A model generated the notes under the pieces. That model searched no databases and was not told where the DNA came from. It worked only from the letters and a program-made list of their open reading frames with translations. Below, piece by piece: positions 1 to 13,031 of a DNA stretch of 64,000 nt. Made by a program: the position numbers and the translations under genes. The DNA comes from Octopus vulgaris. Lineage: Eukaryota. Numbering within the stretch: position 1 is the stretch's first letter; every line of letters begins with the position of its first letter. The stretch is taken from assembly GCA_951406725.2 (NCBI GenBank), contig OX597820.1:119722001-119786000 (forward strand). Reading direction: 5' to 3'.

Positions 1-211
1 AACACTTCCCTGCTGGGAATATCCTTCATATCTCCGGGGCTTTGCGCCTTGTGAAGCACGCGTTAATGACACCTACAATAATTTGATGCCGTAGAATCTC
101 AATGGTCTATTTGACATAAGACAGATTGCATTCATCAACATACTTAAATTCAAACCAAGAACCTTCTTTATCAGTTTAAGAAATGTGGGAGTGACACGTA
201 CTACATTTACA

Positions 212-212
<1 letters not shown>

Positions 213-295
<83 letters not shown>

Positions 296-449
296 GTATA
301 TTTATATATATGTATATATATATATGTATATGTATGTGTATGTATATATGTATATATATATGTATATATATATATATATGTATATGTATATGTATATATA
401 TATATATGTATATGTATGTGTATGTATATATATATATGTATATGTATAT

Positions 450-483
<34 letters not shown>

Positions 484-494
484 GTATCTATATG

Positions 495-529
<35 letters not shown>

Positions 530-534
530 GTATA

Positions 535-581
<47 letters not shown>

Positions 582-585
582 TATA
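213..585. repeat. Compound (TA)n/(CA)n/(TATG)n microsatellite
   Basis: Directly visible; explains the YIYI/HTHT ORFs. Confidence 0.97.
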
Positions 586-1099
586 CGCAAGCCTACACAC
601 ATGCAAACATTGGAACACGTACAGAACACTAACTCGCTCTCATATAAAAAATATGAACCAGAAAAATCTCAAATACACGCTTTCATTATATGTGCACTTG
701 AATACAAGTGTAAACAGCTACTCGAGAAAATCCTTATATTATTTCAAATTAAATGAGAATTGTGTTCTACATACAGTACATCACTTTAGATAATTCCTGT
801 CGTGCATTTTTGCCATTGGTCATCTTGGGTTATTTGCCTTAGCTGAGTTTAGTTATTAATTCTTTGCTCTCACCATAAAGTGTCCTACACTTTGTTTAGG
901 ACGTTATATGATGACAGCAAGGAATACGCCTGTTTGTTGTTTATACACCTCTTTTCTTCTTTTGTCTTTCTGTAAATTTCAACTATATATATATATAATA
1001 ATAATAATAATAATATTAGGAAATAAATCCAAACTTACAGGGAAAAATTAGATTTAGGATTAAATCCAATTTTATAGTATAAATATATTATATTATATT

Positions 1100-1297
1100 A
1101 TATCAAATTAGAGATAAAACCACTATTAGGCAAATCAAACAGTGAAAAACATAAGCCAATACATAAAATTAATTAAAAAATATAAAAGTTAAACTTTTAA
1201 TACTTTTGATATTTATATAATAAAAAATTTTTTTTTTAATTGAAAAAATTAATAAATAAATTAATTAATAAATAAAATAATATATGAATATAAAAAT

Positions 1298-1343
<46 letters not shown>

Positions 1344-1495
1344 ATATATATATTTAAAATTTATAAGTTTAAATTATTTAAATAATTTTTTAAATTTTAA
1401 CTTTTATACTTTTAAATTAAGTTTTATGTATTGGCTTTATGTTTTTCACTGTTTGATTTGCCTAATAGTGGTTTTATCTCTAATTTAATATAATA
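1100..1495. repeat. Inverted repeat pair flanking a (TA)n tract (two opposed ends of a TA-associated element)
   Basis: aaattagagataaaaccactattaggcaaatcaaacagtgaaaaacata (~1105-1153) has its reverse complement at ~1438-1486; ~1015-1085 resembles 4243-4320. Confidence 0.8.
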
Positions 1496-1505
1496 TATAT
1501 ATATA

Positions 1506-2062
1506 CGAGAGTGAGTAAAAAAGTAATGACATTTTGTTTAGGACGGGTATAATTACCAACACAGGAACATGTATTCTACATCAAAATGAAGCTGCTTCTC
1601 TGTGGATCACATCCCTGCTTCTCAACATAGTTACTGTTTCTCTCAACAGCAATGTTCCACCTTCGAATGAAAGCATGTATCCTTACCCCGTAAAATTTTG
1701 TTGACTGTTCTTTGAGCCACGTCTTCACTACAGTTTTCACATCCTCGTCACTGGAATAATGTTTTCCTCTCAAACCTTCTTTCGTGGCGCCGAAGAGATG
1801 ATAGTCTGAAGGCGTTAAATCTGGTGAGTGTAGATGTTGTGAAGAGGTGGCTCAAAGAAAAATCAACAGAAGTTTGCGGGGTCGGGATACATGCTCTCAT
1901 TCGAAGGTGGAACATTGCTATTGAGAGAAACGCTGACTGTGTTGAGAAGTAGGGATGTGATCCACAGACGACCAGCGTCATTTCGACGTGTGATGCATGT
2001 TCCTGTGTTGGTAATTATGCCTGTCCTAAACAAAATGGCATTACTTTTTTGATTCACACTCG
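1506..2062. mobile_element. Mariner-derived fold-back element made of two inverted transposase 3' ends
   Basis: TA|cgagagtgagtaaaaaagtaatg ... cattacttttttgattcacactcg|TA; left arm (-) encodes SPDLTPSDYHLF...DEDVKTVVKTWLKEQ...RWNIAVERNSNYVEK, right arm (+) VKRWLKEKSTE...RWNIAIERNADCVEK*. Confidence 0.9.
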
Positions 2063-2074
2063 TATACATGATAT

Positions 2075-2281
2075 TGATTTCAAATTTTGGCTTAGGACCA
2101 ACAATTTCAGAAATCGATTACATCGACCTTAGATCTCAACTGGTACTTATTTTATCGATCGCTAAAGGATGAAAGGTAAAGTCGACCCCGCCGGAATTTG
2201 AACTCAGAAGTTAAGGGCGGTTGAAATGCTGCTAAACATTCTTCCCCACCGTGCTAACAGTTCTGCCATTCCCATCGCCCT
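2075..2281 (-). mobile_element. SINE family B (tRNA-like head, gcctttcatcctttcggggtcgataaa core), diverged copy
   Basis: Matches the copies at 21557, 47581, 54031 and 60178. Confidence 0.8.
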
Positions 2282-2842
2282 ATAATATAATATGATATAT
2301 AGCATGATATATGATACGATATATGATATGATATAATATAACAGCACTTTAACATGTCTTGAAATATATAACAGAAAGCAAAATGTGCGTATATTTACTG
2401 AATCTTTAAAATATTACAGTAATGTTTAATACGGAATCATGAGTTTAATTAAACCAAAGTTTTGTTCATTATGTTTACAAAACTGATAAAGAGGAAAAAG
2501 ACTTAATTCTCGAGTGACTAATTATTTGTACTGACAATATAGATGTTGATTAATTTTCTGTGATTAATAATTTGATGGAATAATATAAATCTACAAAACC
2601 TAACAGACAATAGAATATAATACTGAATTTCACAAAATATTTGAAATAATATTTCCTAGTAATCTCAGTATTCTTGATGAAATCTTTTCTTTCGAAAAAA
2701 ACAATTTACTTACGATTTTTTCGTCCATCTTAGATGACAAAATCTTGTGAATACAAAGAGTCAAATTCCGTGGTTTCGTTAGGAATAAAAGGTAAATTAA
2801 TGTGCGGCAGAAAGTACTGTATTTTTCGCATCTTACTTTATA

Positions 2843-3059
2843 CGAGACGTTGCTGAAAGGATGTTGGCTTTGGCTAAAACAAAATACACGAAGATCGGCA
2901 AATTATGATTTTATTCAACATATTTCTCTCTCAGATTCACACATTTATTGCAGTGGTTCTTTAGTTTTTGTAAGCTCTGTAAAAGAACTCGGAGGTTTGG
3001 GCCTCCGGTCAGGTCTGTCGCAAATCCCTTAAAGCCTGGAACTTTTCAGCTCCTCCTCC
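2843..3059. mobile_element. Short mariner-type MITE, diverged
   Basis: TA|cgagacgttgctgaaaggatgttggcttt ... aaagcctggaacttttcagctcctcctcc|TA imperfect TIRs. Confidence 0.65.
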
Positions 3060-3109
3060 TATATACAAATAAATATGACAGATCAATTTTAGTGGCAAAT
3101 AAGGTTTCA

Positions 3110-3184
<75 letters not shown>

Positions 3185-3716
3185 TTGTTTATATATCATT
3201 GAAGCCAGTTATGATATTGGCAGCACTGCACAGTTGGTAGGAAATGTATTTAGTTGGAAATAGTATTATTATTCGCCGATAGTTTAGTTGCAGCATTCTG
3301 TAACTGCTATAACAAGATTAATGAGACAGGATATGGGAGAATGTAAGAGTGTCGGAATGTTTGAACAAAACATTGAATTTAAAATTTATTAGAATAAGAT
3401 GAGACAAATTATTTATAATTATGCAGGAAATAGATATTTAAATATTCAAGATATCTTCGTGGTGTCTGAGTGCAAGTAGTTTCACAGGATACGTATTATT
3501 ATATCTGGTGAAATTATTTGCATGAAAACGGATTAGATTTGTGAAATATTTAAATACTTAGAATCAGAACGCTATTGTAGTCAATAGATCAAGTAGTTAA
3601 TGTAATAGAAAACTATTATTAAAGTTGGTAAAAAAAGCCTTGCTCCAGCTTAAAGCAGTGCTCCAGCATGGCCGCAGTTAAATTGCCAAAACGCTTAAAA
3701 GTGAAAGAGCACTTAC

Positions 3717-3909
3717 CTTTACGGGTTCTGTTCCTGAAGAGGAGATAACCTCTCCGAAATGCATGCATCTTACAGTCTCGTTACGATGTGATGTGAGCTG
3801 ACTCGGTGGCTTTACATCTATTTGATTACAGCGAGAAACTTTATCCATGAAAAAGCACATTGAATGTCTCTCCTACTGGATCAAATAGGCCGATTGGTCA
3901 CAAAATGGA
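3717..3909 (-). other. Candidate exon (193 nt)
   Basis: Acceptor ataattttcag| and consensus donor AAG|gtaagt; unique non-repeat sequence; one frame is open except a single TAG at 3875-3873. Confidence 0.3.
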
Positions 3910-4410
3910 CTGAAAATTATATATTGTAAGGAATTACATATGTTTATATGTTATATTTGACGATAATTTAAGATCCGATTCCATAATTGTGAATTTGAAG
4001 AATTTGCGCGCTGAAAGTAATTGTTACATTTGATGTGAGGAATAAAATGAATCTCCATGATTTTATAGAAAAGTAAAAAAAGGCATAATAAGAAAATTAG
4101 GGAAAACATATTTAGAGGATCCTAAATGTCAGCTAATTCCACGTTCTTTAACATTAATGATGAATGTAAGATACTCTACGTAGTTTACTACCGCAAGAAT
4201 TCCAGAAAATGGTCACATAATTATCTAGATATAGGGACGTATATGCTATTAGGGTGTATAACTCCAAATTTACGGGGGAAAATTCAATTTAGTATTGAAT
4301 CAAATTTCACAATATAAATATATATATATAATATGTAAATTAGAAAAATACGAAAAGAAAATCATGATTTTTTCTTTCACAAATATTGTTTAATTTTATT
4401 TGGGTATTTG

Positions 4411-4412
<2 letters not shown>

Positions 4413-4492
<80 letters not shown>

Positions 4493-4568
4493 GTTGTTGT
4501 TGTTGTTGTTGTTGTTGTTATAATAATAATAATAATAATAATAATTATTATTATTATTATTATTATTA
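4413..4568. repeat. (TTA)n/(TTG)n/(TAA)n microsatellite
   Basis: Directly visible. Confidence 0.97.
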
Positions 4569-4992
4569 GTAACCTGAAGAGTGACTATAATTTCAAATTG
4601 ATTTGTTTTTCGATTAAATTTAAATTTAATTGTAATTCGAATATTCGAATTTAAATTATAGCCATGAAACGTACGTATTTTTTTTACTTACTATATATTG
4701 TTTATTCATTTTTGTACTTTTTGTGATCTAGTTATATGTTTTAAAAAATATATTCAATTTTATATATATGATTTGGTTTATGTCTGACATTGTTTGAATT
4801 GCATAATAGTGGCTCTTCTCTAATTTATATTATATATATTTATATATCTTTTAAGTACTATTATGGTTAGGGTTATGCAAATAAAGCTCCTATTTCAATA
4901 AGCCGGCTGCCGCCTAATGATACCGATTAGTGAGTCAGTTTTTCCGGATTTCATCATGGTTATAACAATATAATCTAGGATGAATAATAACA

Positions 4993-5433
4993 ATAATTCT
5001 AGGATGGAATTTATATATATTTGATACATCACTACGCGCGTTTCCACTAATCACGTGACTTTAACACCAGAGTTCGTATCCTTGGGATGGGTACAGTATC
5101 GTCTGTATTATCCGTAGACATCCGCTTGATCATCATCATCGGTTCCTTTTCCCAGGTGATACTGAAATTAATGCATAAATCACAAAGGGATGCTTATCAT
5201 TGTATCATAGCTAACATATTGTGACGGGATAAATACCCCTCTGTGATTCATCCAATAATGCAGTATCGCCTGATCAAATAAATAAGTGATGATGATCAAT
5301 CGGATACCTAGGGATAATACGGACTATACTGTACACATCTTAAGAGATACGAACTCGGATGCTGAAGTCATGTGACCTCCGGAAACGTGCGTAGTGATGT
5401 ATTAAATATTCATAAGTTCCATCCTAGAATTAT
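4993..5433. mobile_element. ~440-bp imperfect palindrome: inverted Penelope-like terminal repeats with decayed hammerhead motifs
   Basis: ataattctaggatggaa...ttccatcctagaattat, arms pair to a centre near 5212; GAAACGCGCGTA (-, 5044-5033) and GAAACGTGCGTA (+, 5382-5393); abuts (TA)n. Confidence 0.75.
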
Positions 5434-5555
5434 CATTATATATATATATATACATTTACATATACATATATATATATGTGTGTATATATATATACATATA
5501 TATATACATATATACATATATACACACACACACATATATATATATATACATACAT

Positions 5556-5621
<66 letters not shown>

Positions 5622-5900
5622 GTACGTATATATACGTGTGTGTGTATGTGTGTAAATTAAATAATGAGAATAGAAATTGATATCAATCAATTAACATCAG
5701 TTTAAACCTGTGGTCTAGCATATCTTTAAAAATCCGAAGATTTAAGAATTATATCACAATTAATAAGAGGAATGACCACTAAATTGGGTTTCTAATATGC
5801 TAAAGATAGACGTCAAATCGTCTTACCACGAAGAGTGTTTTCTGAAGAAAAATCTCAGCAAAAACGCCAGATTGTAAAGATGAGCAAGACAAATGAATAT

Positions 5901-7535
5901 AGGAATGTAGATATCAACTTGCAGTCCCTCTGACCAACCTCTGGAGAAACTCGTTAGATGCAGGTTATATACCGAAAAAGTTTCTATCCCAGTCGGTCAT
6001 CCCGGTTTTCAAACAGGGAAACAGATCTCTCGCAGTCAACTATCGCCCAATCTCACTCACCTCCCACATCATTAAAGTGTTTGAAAGAGTGTTAAGATCA
6101 AGGATAGCTGACTTCCTGGAGACCCACAAACTCCTAAATTCAAATCAGCATGGCTTTCGCTGTGGCAGGGACTGTCTAACACAGCTCTTACACCACATTG
6201 AAGATGTACTCAAAGCCTTGGGAACAGGTTCGAACTCTGACGTCATATACCTTGACTTCAGTAAAGCGTTCGACAGGGTAGACCATAACATCCTACTCTC
6301 AAAATTGGCAAATGTTGGAATCCGTGGAAAAGTTCTACACTGGATTCAGTATTTCCTAGCGAATAGAACACAACATGTTGTAGTTGATGGAGTCCACTCA
6401 AACCCAGCAAAAGTCACCAGCGGTGTTCCCCAGGGAACTGTTTTGGGTCCGCTACTCTTCATAATTTATGTAAACGACCTTTCCAGTGTCGTACATCACT
6501 GCAAAGTGAAAATATTCGCTGATGACACTAAGCTCCAGAAAATCGTCAATGAAGAAGCAGACCGAAATCAACTCCAGTCTGACCTATATGCTGTGAGTCA
6601 ATGAGCAGACAGAAACAAATTGCAACTGAATGAGGGAAAATTTGAGCTGATGCATTTTGGAAGAAATTCCTCACTAAAACAACCATACTCTCTTCCTTCA
6701 GGGGAACCGCTCACAGCCTCTAACAATATCAGAGACCTGGGTGTAATTGTTGATGACGATCTCAGTTGGAGTGCACACATCAACAAGAAGGTCGATACAG
6801 CTCGTAGGATGAGTTCCTGGATCTTAAGAACTTTCTGGTCCAGAGAACAAGGTGTCATCATACCACTTTTTTCATCCTTTGTACGGCCACACCTTGAATA
6901 CTGCTGCCCACTGTGGTCTCCTCACACAAGACAAAACATCTCCAGAATTGAGTCACCCCAGAGGGCTCTCACTAAACAAATTGAAGGCATGGCTGCTCTC
7001 GACTATTGGGATCGCCTTAAAGCCTTGAAACTTTACTCCCTCCAGCGTCGCCGTGAGCGGTACATCATTTGTACGATGTGGAAAATATACCGCCAACTTT
7101 GCCCAAACGACCTAAACATTAGCTTCAAGGTTCATCCGAGACTTGGACCACGGGCTATACGTCCCCTGTCAAATTCAAGATCACAACATACATGTACACT
7201 GCAACATAATTTCTTTTCCTCAACAGGCCCTGCCCTATTTAACATTGTCCCGAGGGAGATCAAAGAGGAAAAGGATCCCATCAACTTCAAACAGAGTCTG
7301 GATAGATTCCTTCAAAGAATACCAGATAAGCCACCCATAATTGGATACAACTCACCCAACAAGAACTCACTACTTGAACAAAACTGGATACAACTCACCC
7401 AACAACAACTCACTACTTGAACAAAACTTGACTTAAACAGGATTCGAATAATCCTATCAGGTGGTGCTATTAAGTTAGACATGGCCTGGACCAATCTCTG
7501 GTCGAAACATATCTAAGTTTTATCTAAGTTTTATA
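5901..7535 (+). mobile_element. 5'-truncated CR1/L2-group LINE: reverse transcriptase, C-terminus and 3' UTR
   Basis: NYRPISLTS, QHGFR, YLDFSKAFDRV, GVPQGTVLGPLLF, FADDTKL, VRPHLEYC, LYSLQRRRER; tail (atctaagtttt)x2. Confidence 0.95.
5903..7420 (+). pseudogene. LINE ORF2 (RT) remnant with one in-frame TGA at 6602-6604
   Basis: ORFs 6077-6604 and 6620-7420 are in the same frame; the TGA sits at the conserved Trp position; ~40-nt tandem duplication at ~7350-7430. Confidence 0.9.
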
Positions 7536-7800
7536 CAAAATAAAACGATTACATAGGTATCATGATTTCGTTATTAACACTTGCATGATGCAAAATGCAA
7601 AATACAAATATCTGTATATTTTCAGCGTAGTCTGTCTCATTTCAAAATTTATTTTGGAAAAATTAAAAGAAAAGTTTTTTTTAAAGAATATTTGCATAAT
7701 GTTCAAACAAAAGGGGAATTTTCCTTGTTTCTGCCTGTTTCTGTCTCACTTGTTTACTCTTGCAGGTGCGCAGTCGAACCCACAAGAGTGGGTTTTTATA

Positions 7801-7898
<98 letters not shown>

Positions 7899-7994
7899 TG
7901 TGTGTATATATATATAAATAAATATATATATATAAGTATATATATACATATATATATATATATGTATGCATATATATATATATATATATATAAT

Positions 7995-8030
<36 letters not shown>

Positions 8031-8278
8031 GAGAGAGAGGGGGGAATCATAAAGCCCTCGTCGTCTGTTTCTGGAACTCTCCCTCATATTAAATATCTTT
8101 CTAGTTGTTTAAACATAAACGAATGATTTCTCCCCATTTTCTGCAAATATTTTTCTTTTTCTTCAATTGACTCACTAAACCATCTTCCTGAATTTTATTA
8201 AATATTCTGCTTGTTTCGATCGCGTACACTTTGTATTTCGTCTTTGTTATCGATCACTCCCCTTCCTCTCTCTCTTCC

Positions 8279-8374
<96 letters not shown>

Positions 8375-8769
8375 CATATATATTTATCCTACACACATTC
8401 GCACTCACTGACATATACACGCGCGTACACTTACACACATAGACGCTCATACACAAGCACACCCACCCCCACTTTCGCTCTCTCATTCACTCTACTAATA
8501 ATTATGATTTTTATTTTTTCTTGTCACTACAAGTGTCATAAAATTCCTTTAAATTCTTTGTCTTTCTGTTTGGCAATAATTTAATTAACTGGTTTTAAAT
8601 CTGTCTTACCACAAACTGCCTCTTTCTTAACCTCTAATCAACATTCATTCCTCTCTTCCTCCAGATTTATTGATAAACACCTTTTCCCTCTTCTTTACAG
8701 AATCACTCAATCTATATCTATTTATTATCCGACTTTCTCATTGCCTTCCAGCAATTCTTATTCAACGCT

Positions 8770-9170
8770 TCATCAAATGGCATGAGATAAGCACTTCATC
8801 CTGTCCACTAAATAACAACTAGGGGAGATGGCAGTGAAGCAAAATGAACAATAGCGGAAGACATGAGGCGTAGTAGAGTGGCTAGAGGTGTCATTGGTCT
8901 GGAGATTTGGGTGTGCGACTGGAGTCTGGTCTGGTCTGGTGATGGATAGGTCAGTGTGATAACGTATGAATACGTTTGGGATAGCCGAAGTGAAGAGAGC
9001 TTGGATCCACTTGGAAGCTGCCCAAGGTATTACCGTATAAGATTGAAAGAAAAGGCAGCGAGAAATTTATTACTCTAATGACAGGTAGACACTTGTGGAG
9101 GGAATGATCGAAGACAAAGCACCTTATTCAACCAGTGATGGGATGAGAATTATTGCAAAGACAAGTGGCA
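8770..9170 (-). mobile_element. Possible very old LINE 3' fossil
   Basis: Weak similarity to a LINE C-terminal motif (FLSILYGNTL-like) and higher GC than flanks. Confidence 0.25.
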
Positions 9171-10214
9171 GAAGAATAATTTGAGAATAAATTATAGATG
9201 TATGTATAGATATAGGTAAATATTTACAGGTATATATACGTGTATGTACATACACACACATATACATATATTCATATATGTTTATATATATATATATATA
9301 TATACACGAGTGTATATCTATTTATGTATCTATATTTATGCGTGTGTGTGTGTGTGTATATGTATATATATACATATATATACATTTAAACATATATATG
9401 TATACATATATATATATACATATATATATGTAAATGTATATCTATCTATCTATCTATCGATCGATCTATCTATCTATCTATCTATCTATTTATCTATCTA
9501 TCTATATATATATATACATCTGTGGCAGAAAAGTAGAAATATATATACATATATGTTTAAATATATAAAAGACATATCTGAGTAGAGTTTGTTTTCCCTA
9601 ACATAGATTTTCGTTAATTAAAATGTCTGTGATTTGTTGTTGACGGTTCTATAAATAGGGCTAATCGATAACTTAATGAATGCGTCTCACATACAATCAC
9701 TTTTACTTTCGGTCTCTCACACGCACAAATACACGTACACAAGAGTCATTTATACGCATATGAGTGTGTGTATGTGTTTACTCACACACACACGCATATA
9801 TATATATATGTATATATATGTATGTATGTTTGCATTTACTCACGCACGTACGCACACATATATATGTGTATGTACGTACATTCATACGCAAATGGAAAGA
9901 TATATTTCTTCATATACATGTGGATAAATTTATTTGTGTGATTATATAGAAGTATTCATATAGATATTTACTGAGACGGCTCCGATCTCGATTCATCTTA
10001 GAAAAGTGCAGCCGGAATATCTGTCACTTTGCACATTAAAACTGTAGGCATTTTTCCTCTAAATTGTTTAAACATTCTAAAAACAACAAGATACGTCATC
10101 ACTGTCAAGTTGACATTTGTAGACAAAAGTCGTTTAATGGTGTGTTATATTCATCTTCTTTAAGAGGAAATTTTAAAGGTAATAAAATGAAACAGAAATG
10201 TTATATACCTACCT

Positions 10215-10620
10215 AGGCGTAGGAGTGGCTGTGTGGTAAGTAGTTTGCTTACCAACCACATGGTACCTGGTTCAGTCCCACTGCATGGCATCTTCGGCAA
10301 GTGTCTTCTACTATAGCCTCGGGCCGACCAAAGCCTTGTGAGTGGATTTGGTAGACGGAAACTGAAAGAAGCCTGTCGTATATATGTATATATGTATATG
10401 TTTGTCTGTCTGTGTTTGTCTCCCTAACATCGCTTGACAACCGATGCTGGTGTGTTTACGTCCCCGTAACTTAGCGGTTCGGTAAAAGACACCGATAGAA
10501 TAAGTACTAGGCTTACAAAAAATAAGTCCTGGGGTCGATTTGCTCGACTAAAGGCGGTGCTCCAGCATGACCACAGTCACATGACTGAAACAAATAAAAG
10601 AGTAAAAGAGTAAAAGAGTA
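10215..10620 (+). mobile_element. SINE family A (~410 bp; ggcgcaggagtggctgtgtggtaag head, internal TA/TG tract, (gtaaaaga)n tail)
   Basis: A-box tggctgtgtggtaag, B-box ggttcagtccc; at least 8 near-full-length copies in the window. Confidence 0.92.
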
Positions 10621-10749
10621 TACCTCCGTCTGTCCGCCTCCCATCCCACTGTACGTACATACGTATACGTATATGTATGCATGTTTTTATGCATGTATGT
10701 TAGTATGTATGTATATAAGTATGCATTTATGTATACTTGTATGTATATG

Positions 10750-11945
10750 CAAGGTGCATTCCAGAAGTTTTAAGTCTTTTTTGCGAGTTAAATTTATAAA
10801 CTTTCTAAACTATTGTAATTTTGATATATTATTAACTAGCAGTATCGCCCAGCGTTGCTCGGGTTTGTAAGGGAAATAAATATATAAGCATTTTTAGAGA
10901 GTTATAGCCAAAAAATAGCAAAAAAAAAGCATTAAAAATGGAAAGAAAATGATGGTATTTTTTTTTTTAAATCGTTGACTCATCGTAGACATTTTTAGAG
11001 AGTTACGTCCCTTATATAATAGCGAAAAAATGTATTAAAATGGAAAAAAATGACGGTATTTTTTTTTTTAAATCGTAGACTCATCGTAGACGCGCGCTAA
11101 TACCCAGAAGGGCTCGATATGAATCACGACTATAAGATACCCGGTTTTGGTTAAACTGCACCGCAAAATGTGGGAGTAGTTAGGAATCTAAATCGTGGGA
11201 GACAGACAGCACACAACCTCTCTTTTATATATTAAGATCTATCATTACTATCCATCTAGTACTGAGACTTCCCAAATTTGAGATTCCTGACTGAAGAACA
11301 CAGCTATAACTGCACTGAGTGCACCTTACTAATGAATGCTTGCCACAACTGAACCAGTTTCCAGAAGACAAGCTAGAAATTCGTTTTGCATTGAAATGTG
11401 TGAAAACTGGGCAAAAACGTATGAAATGCTACAGACGTCTTGGGGTTTGTTTGTATGAATGTCTGTTTTTCACTGGCAAAAAAGGCCAGGCAAAACAAAT
11501 GCAAAAGGAAGTGCCTGGTGATCTCCTTTTTCGACGGTAGCGCCATTATCTACATCCTCTCTGTGTTCCTTTGTCCGAACGCTCAACAAAAAGTACTTTG
11601 TGGAAATTTTGCAGGTGTGGAAGAAGAGATTTCGCCGCAAAAGTCTAAAGCATCTGCACCAGCTTGACAGAGTTTCACATCAAAAGTATTCCTCATCCTC
11701 TTTACAGTTCAGACACTGCTCCCCGTGACTTAAGCAGAAAAGATGATGAAAGAAGCTGTGAAAAGGGTCCGGGATACGTTCCCTTTGAAGGACTTCCATG
11801 GTGCTTTCGCAAAATGGCTGGGTTACAACAACAAATGCAATGAAACCAGAGGATCCTATATTAAATTAGGTGTAGATCTTTTTACTTCTTTGAAATTAAT
11901 AAATGTCCCACCTGCAAATATCTGAAAACTTTTACAATGCATGTA
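10750..11945 (+). mobile_element. Decayed mariner transposon interrupted by a Helitron
   Basis: catcctctttacagttcagacactgctccccgtgac = HPLYSSDTAPRD (HPPYSPDLAPxD motif) at ~11694; C-terminal KWLGYNNKCNETRGSY. Confidence 0.7.
10836..11237 (-). mobile_element. Non-autonomous Helitron
   Basis: On (-): A|TC start, subterminal hairpin cccgagcaacgctggg, CTAG|T end, no TSD; homologous to 24329-24840. Confidence 0.85.
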
Positions 11946-12511
11946 TATGCGATATAAACATGCATAAATATAAATATTTTGTTCTGCCTGAAATCATGGT
12001 CACTGACATCTGCTATGGATGCATGCGTACACAATACACAGATACGTTAATTAGTATCTTGGATTTCTTTATGAATGCCAGAATTGGTGCGGCATATCGT
12101 ACAACGCAAAGTCATATTAGGAGAATATAGACCAAATTTTGTCAAACAATTTGCTTTGAATGTGCGATTAATTTTCATCTTAAAAATAAGTCTTCATGGC
12201 AAGGATCTAAAACGAAAGTGATTTTAGTATATAAAAACTGGTCAATGAGATAATTTTTAGTGTGTGTGTGTGTGAACGCTGATAGCGGCAAAACAATTCC
12301 CAAGCGATCTTCCTTGAAATATGGAAAACGTGGATTTGGTTGTACCAGCGAACATCATGATTGTAATGATTAGTGAAATTTCTGGTATTCTCATCCTCCA
12401 TCTTCCGTCTCCCTTATTATTCAAATACCCAACGGACACTATGAAAATTAACGTATCCTGCGAGTAAGCTACCTGGTGTATACTTTACGATTTACTATCA
12501 TGTATATACAT

Positions 12512-12546
<35 letters not shown>

Positions 12547-13031
12547 CATAAGATATATATATATAAATATGCATAATTTATATATATATATACATATATA
12601 CATGCATATATACATACATATAAGCATACATCTATACATATATATATATGTGTATGTATGTATATATACACATGATTACATATATGTTTATGCAAAAAAG
12701 GGACGATTAGCTTGCCTTAGTAATCTATGGGTGTTTCTTTTTTGTTTTGTACATACGTATATGCACACCTGTTTATAATTTACCACTTGTACTTACATTC
12801 GTAGATTCAAAATTATATATTACAGATATCACTTTTAATAAACTCGCTTAAAAATGATCGGAGTAATACTTACAGTGATATAGTTTATAGATTTTACTTT
12901 CCCAAACTTTTTAGATTGTAATCAAACAGCATCAAGATCAAGAACAGTCAACACCTTGTTACATCCTTTTGTGAATCTTCTAATTCATGATAAATAAATT
13001 TCTAAACTAAAAGCATTACGGCTTCGGTATG

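Noticed and set aside
185-793. 202-aa ORF and the many similar YI/HT/LSIY/poly-I/N/T ORFs across the window
   Set aside because: Translations of stop-free microsatellites, not genes
7740-7795. Strong plus-strand acceptor followed by a possible micro-exon (similar at 20568)
   Set aside because: Weak donors and no supporting frame; expected by chance in pyrimidine-rich DNA
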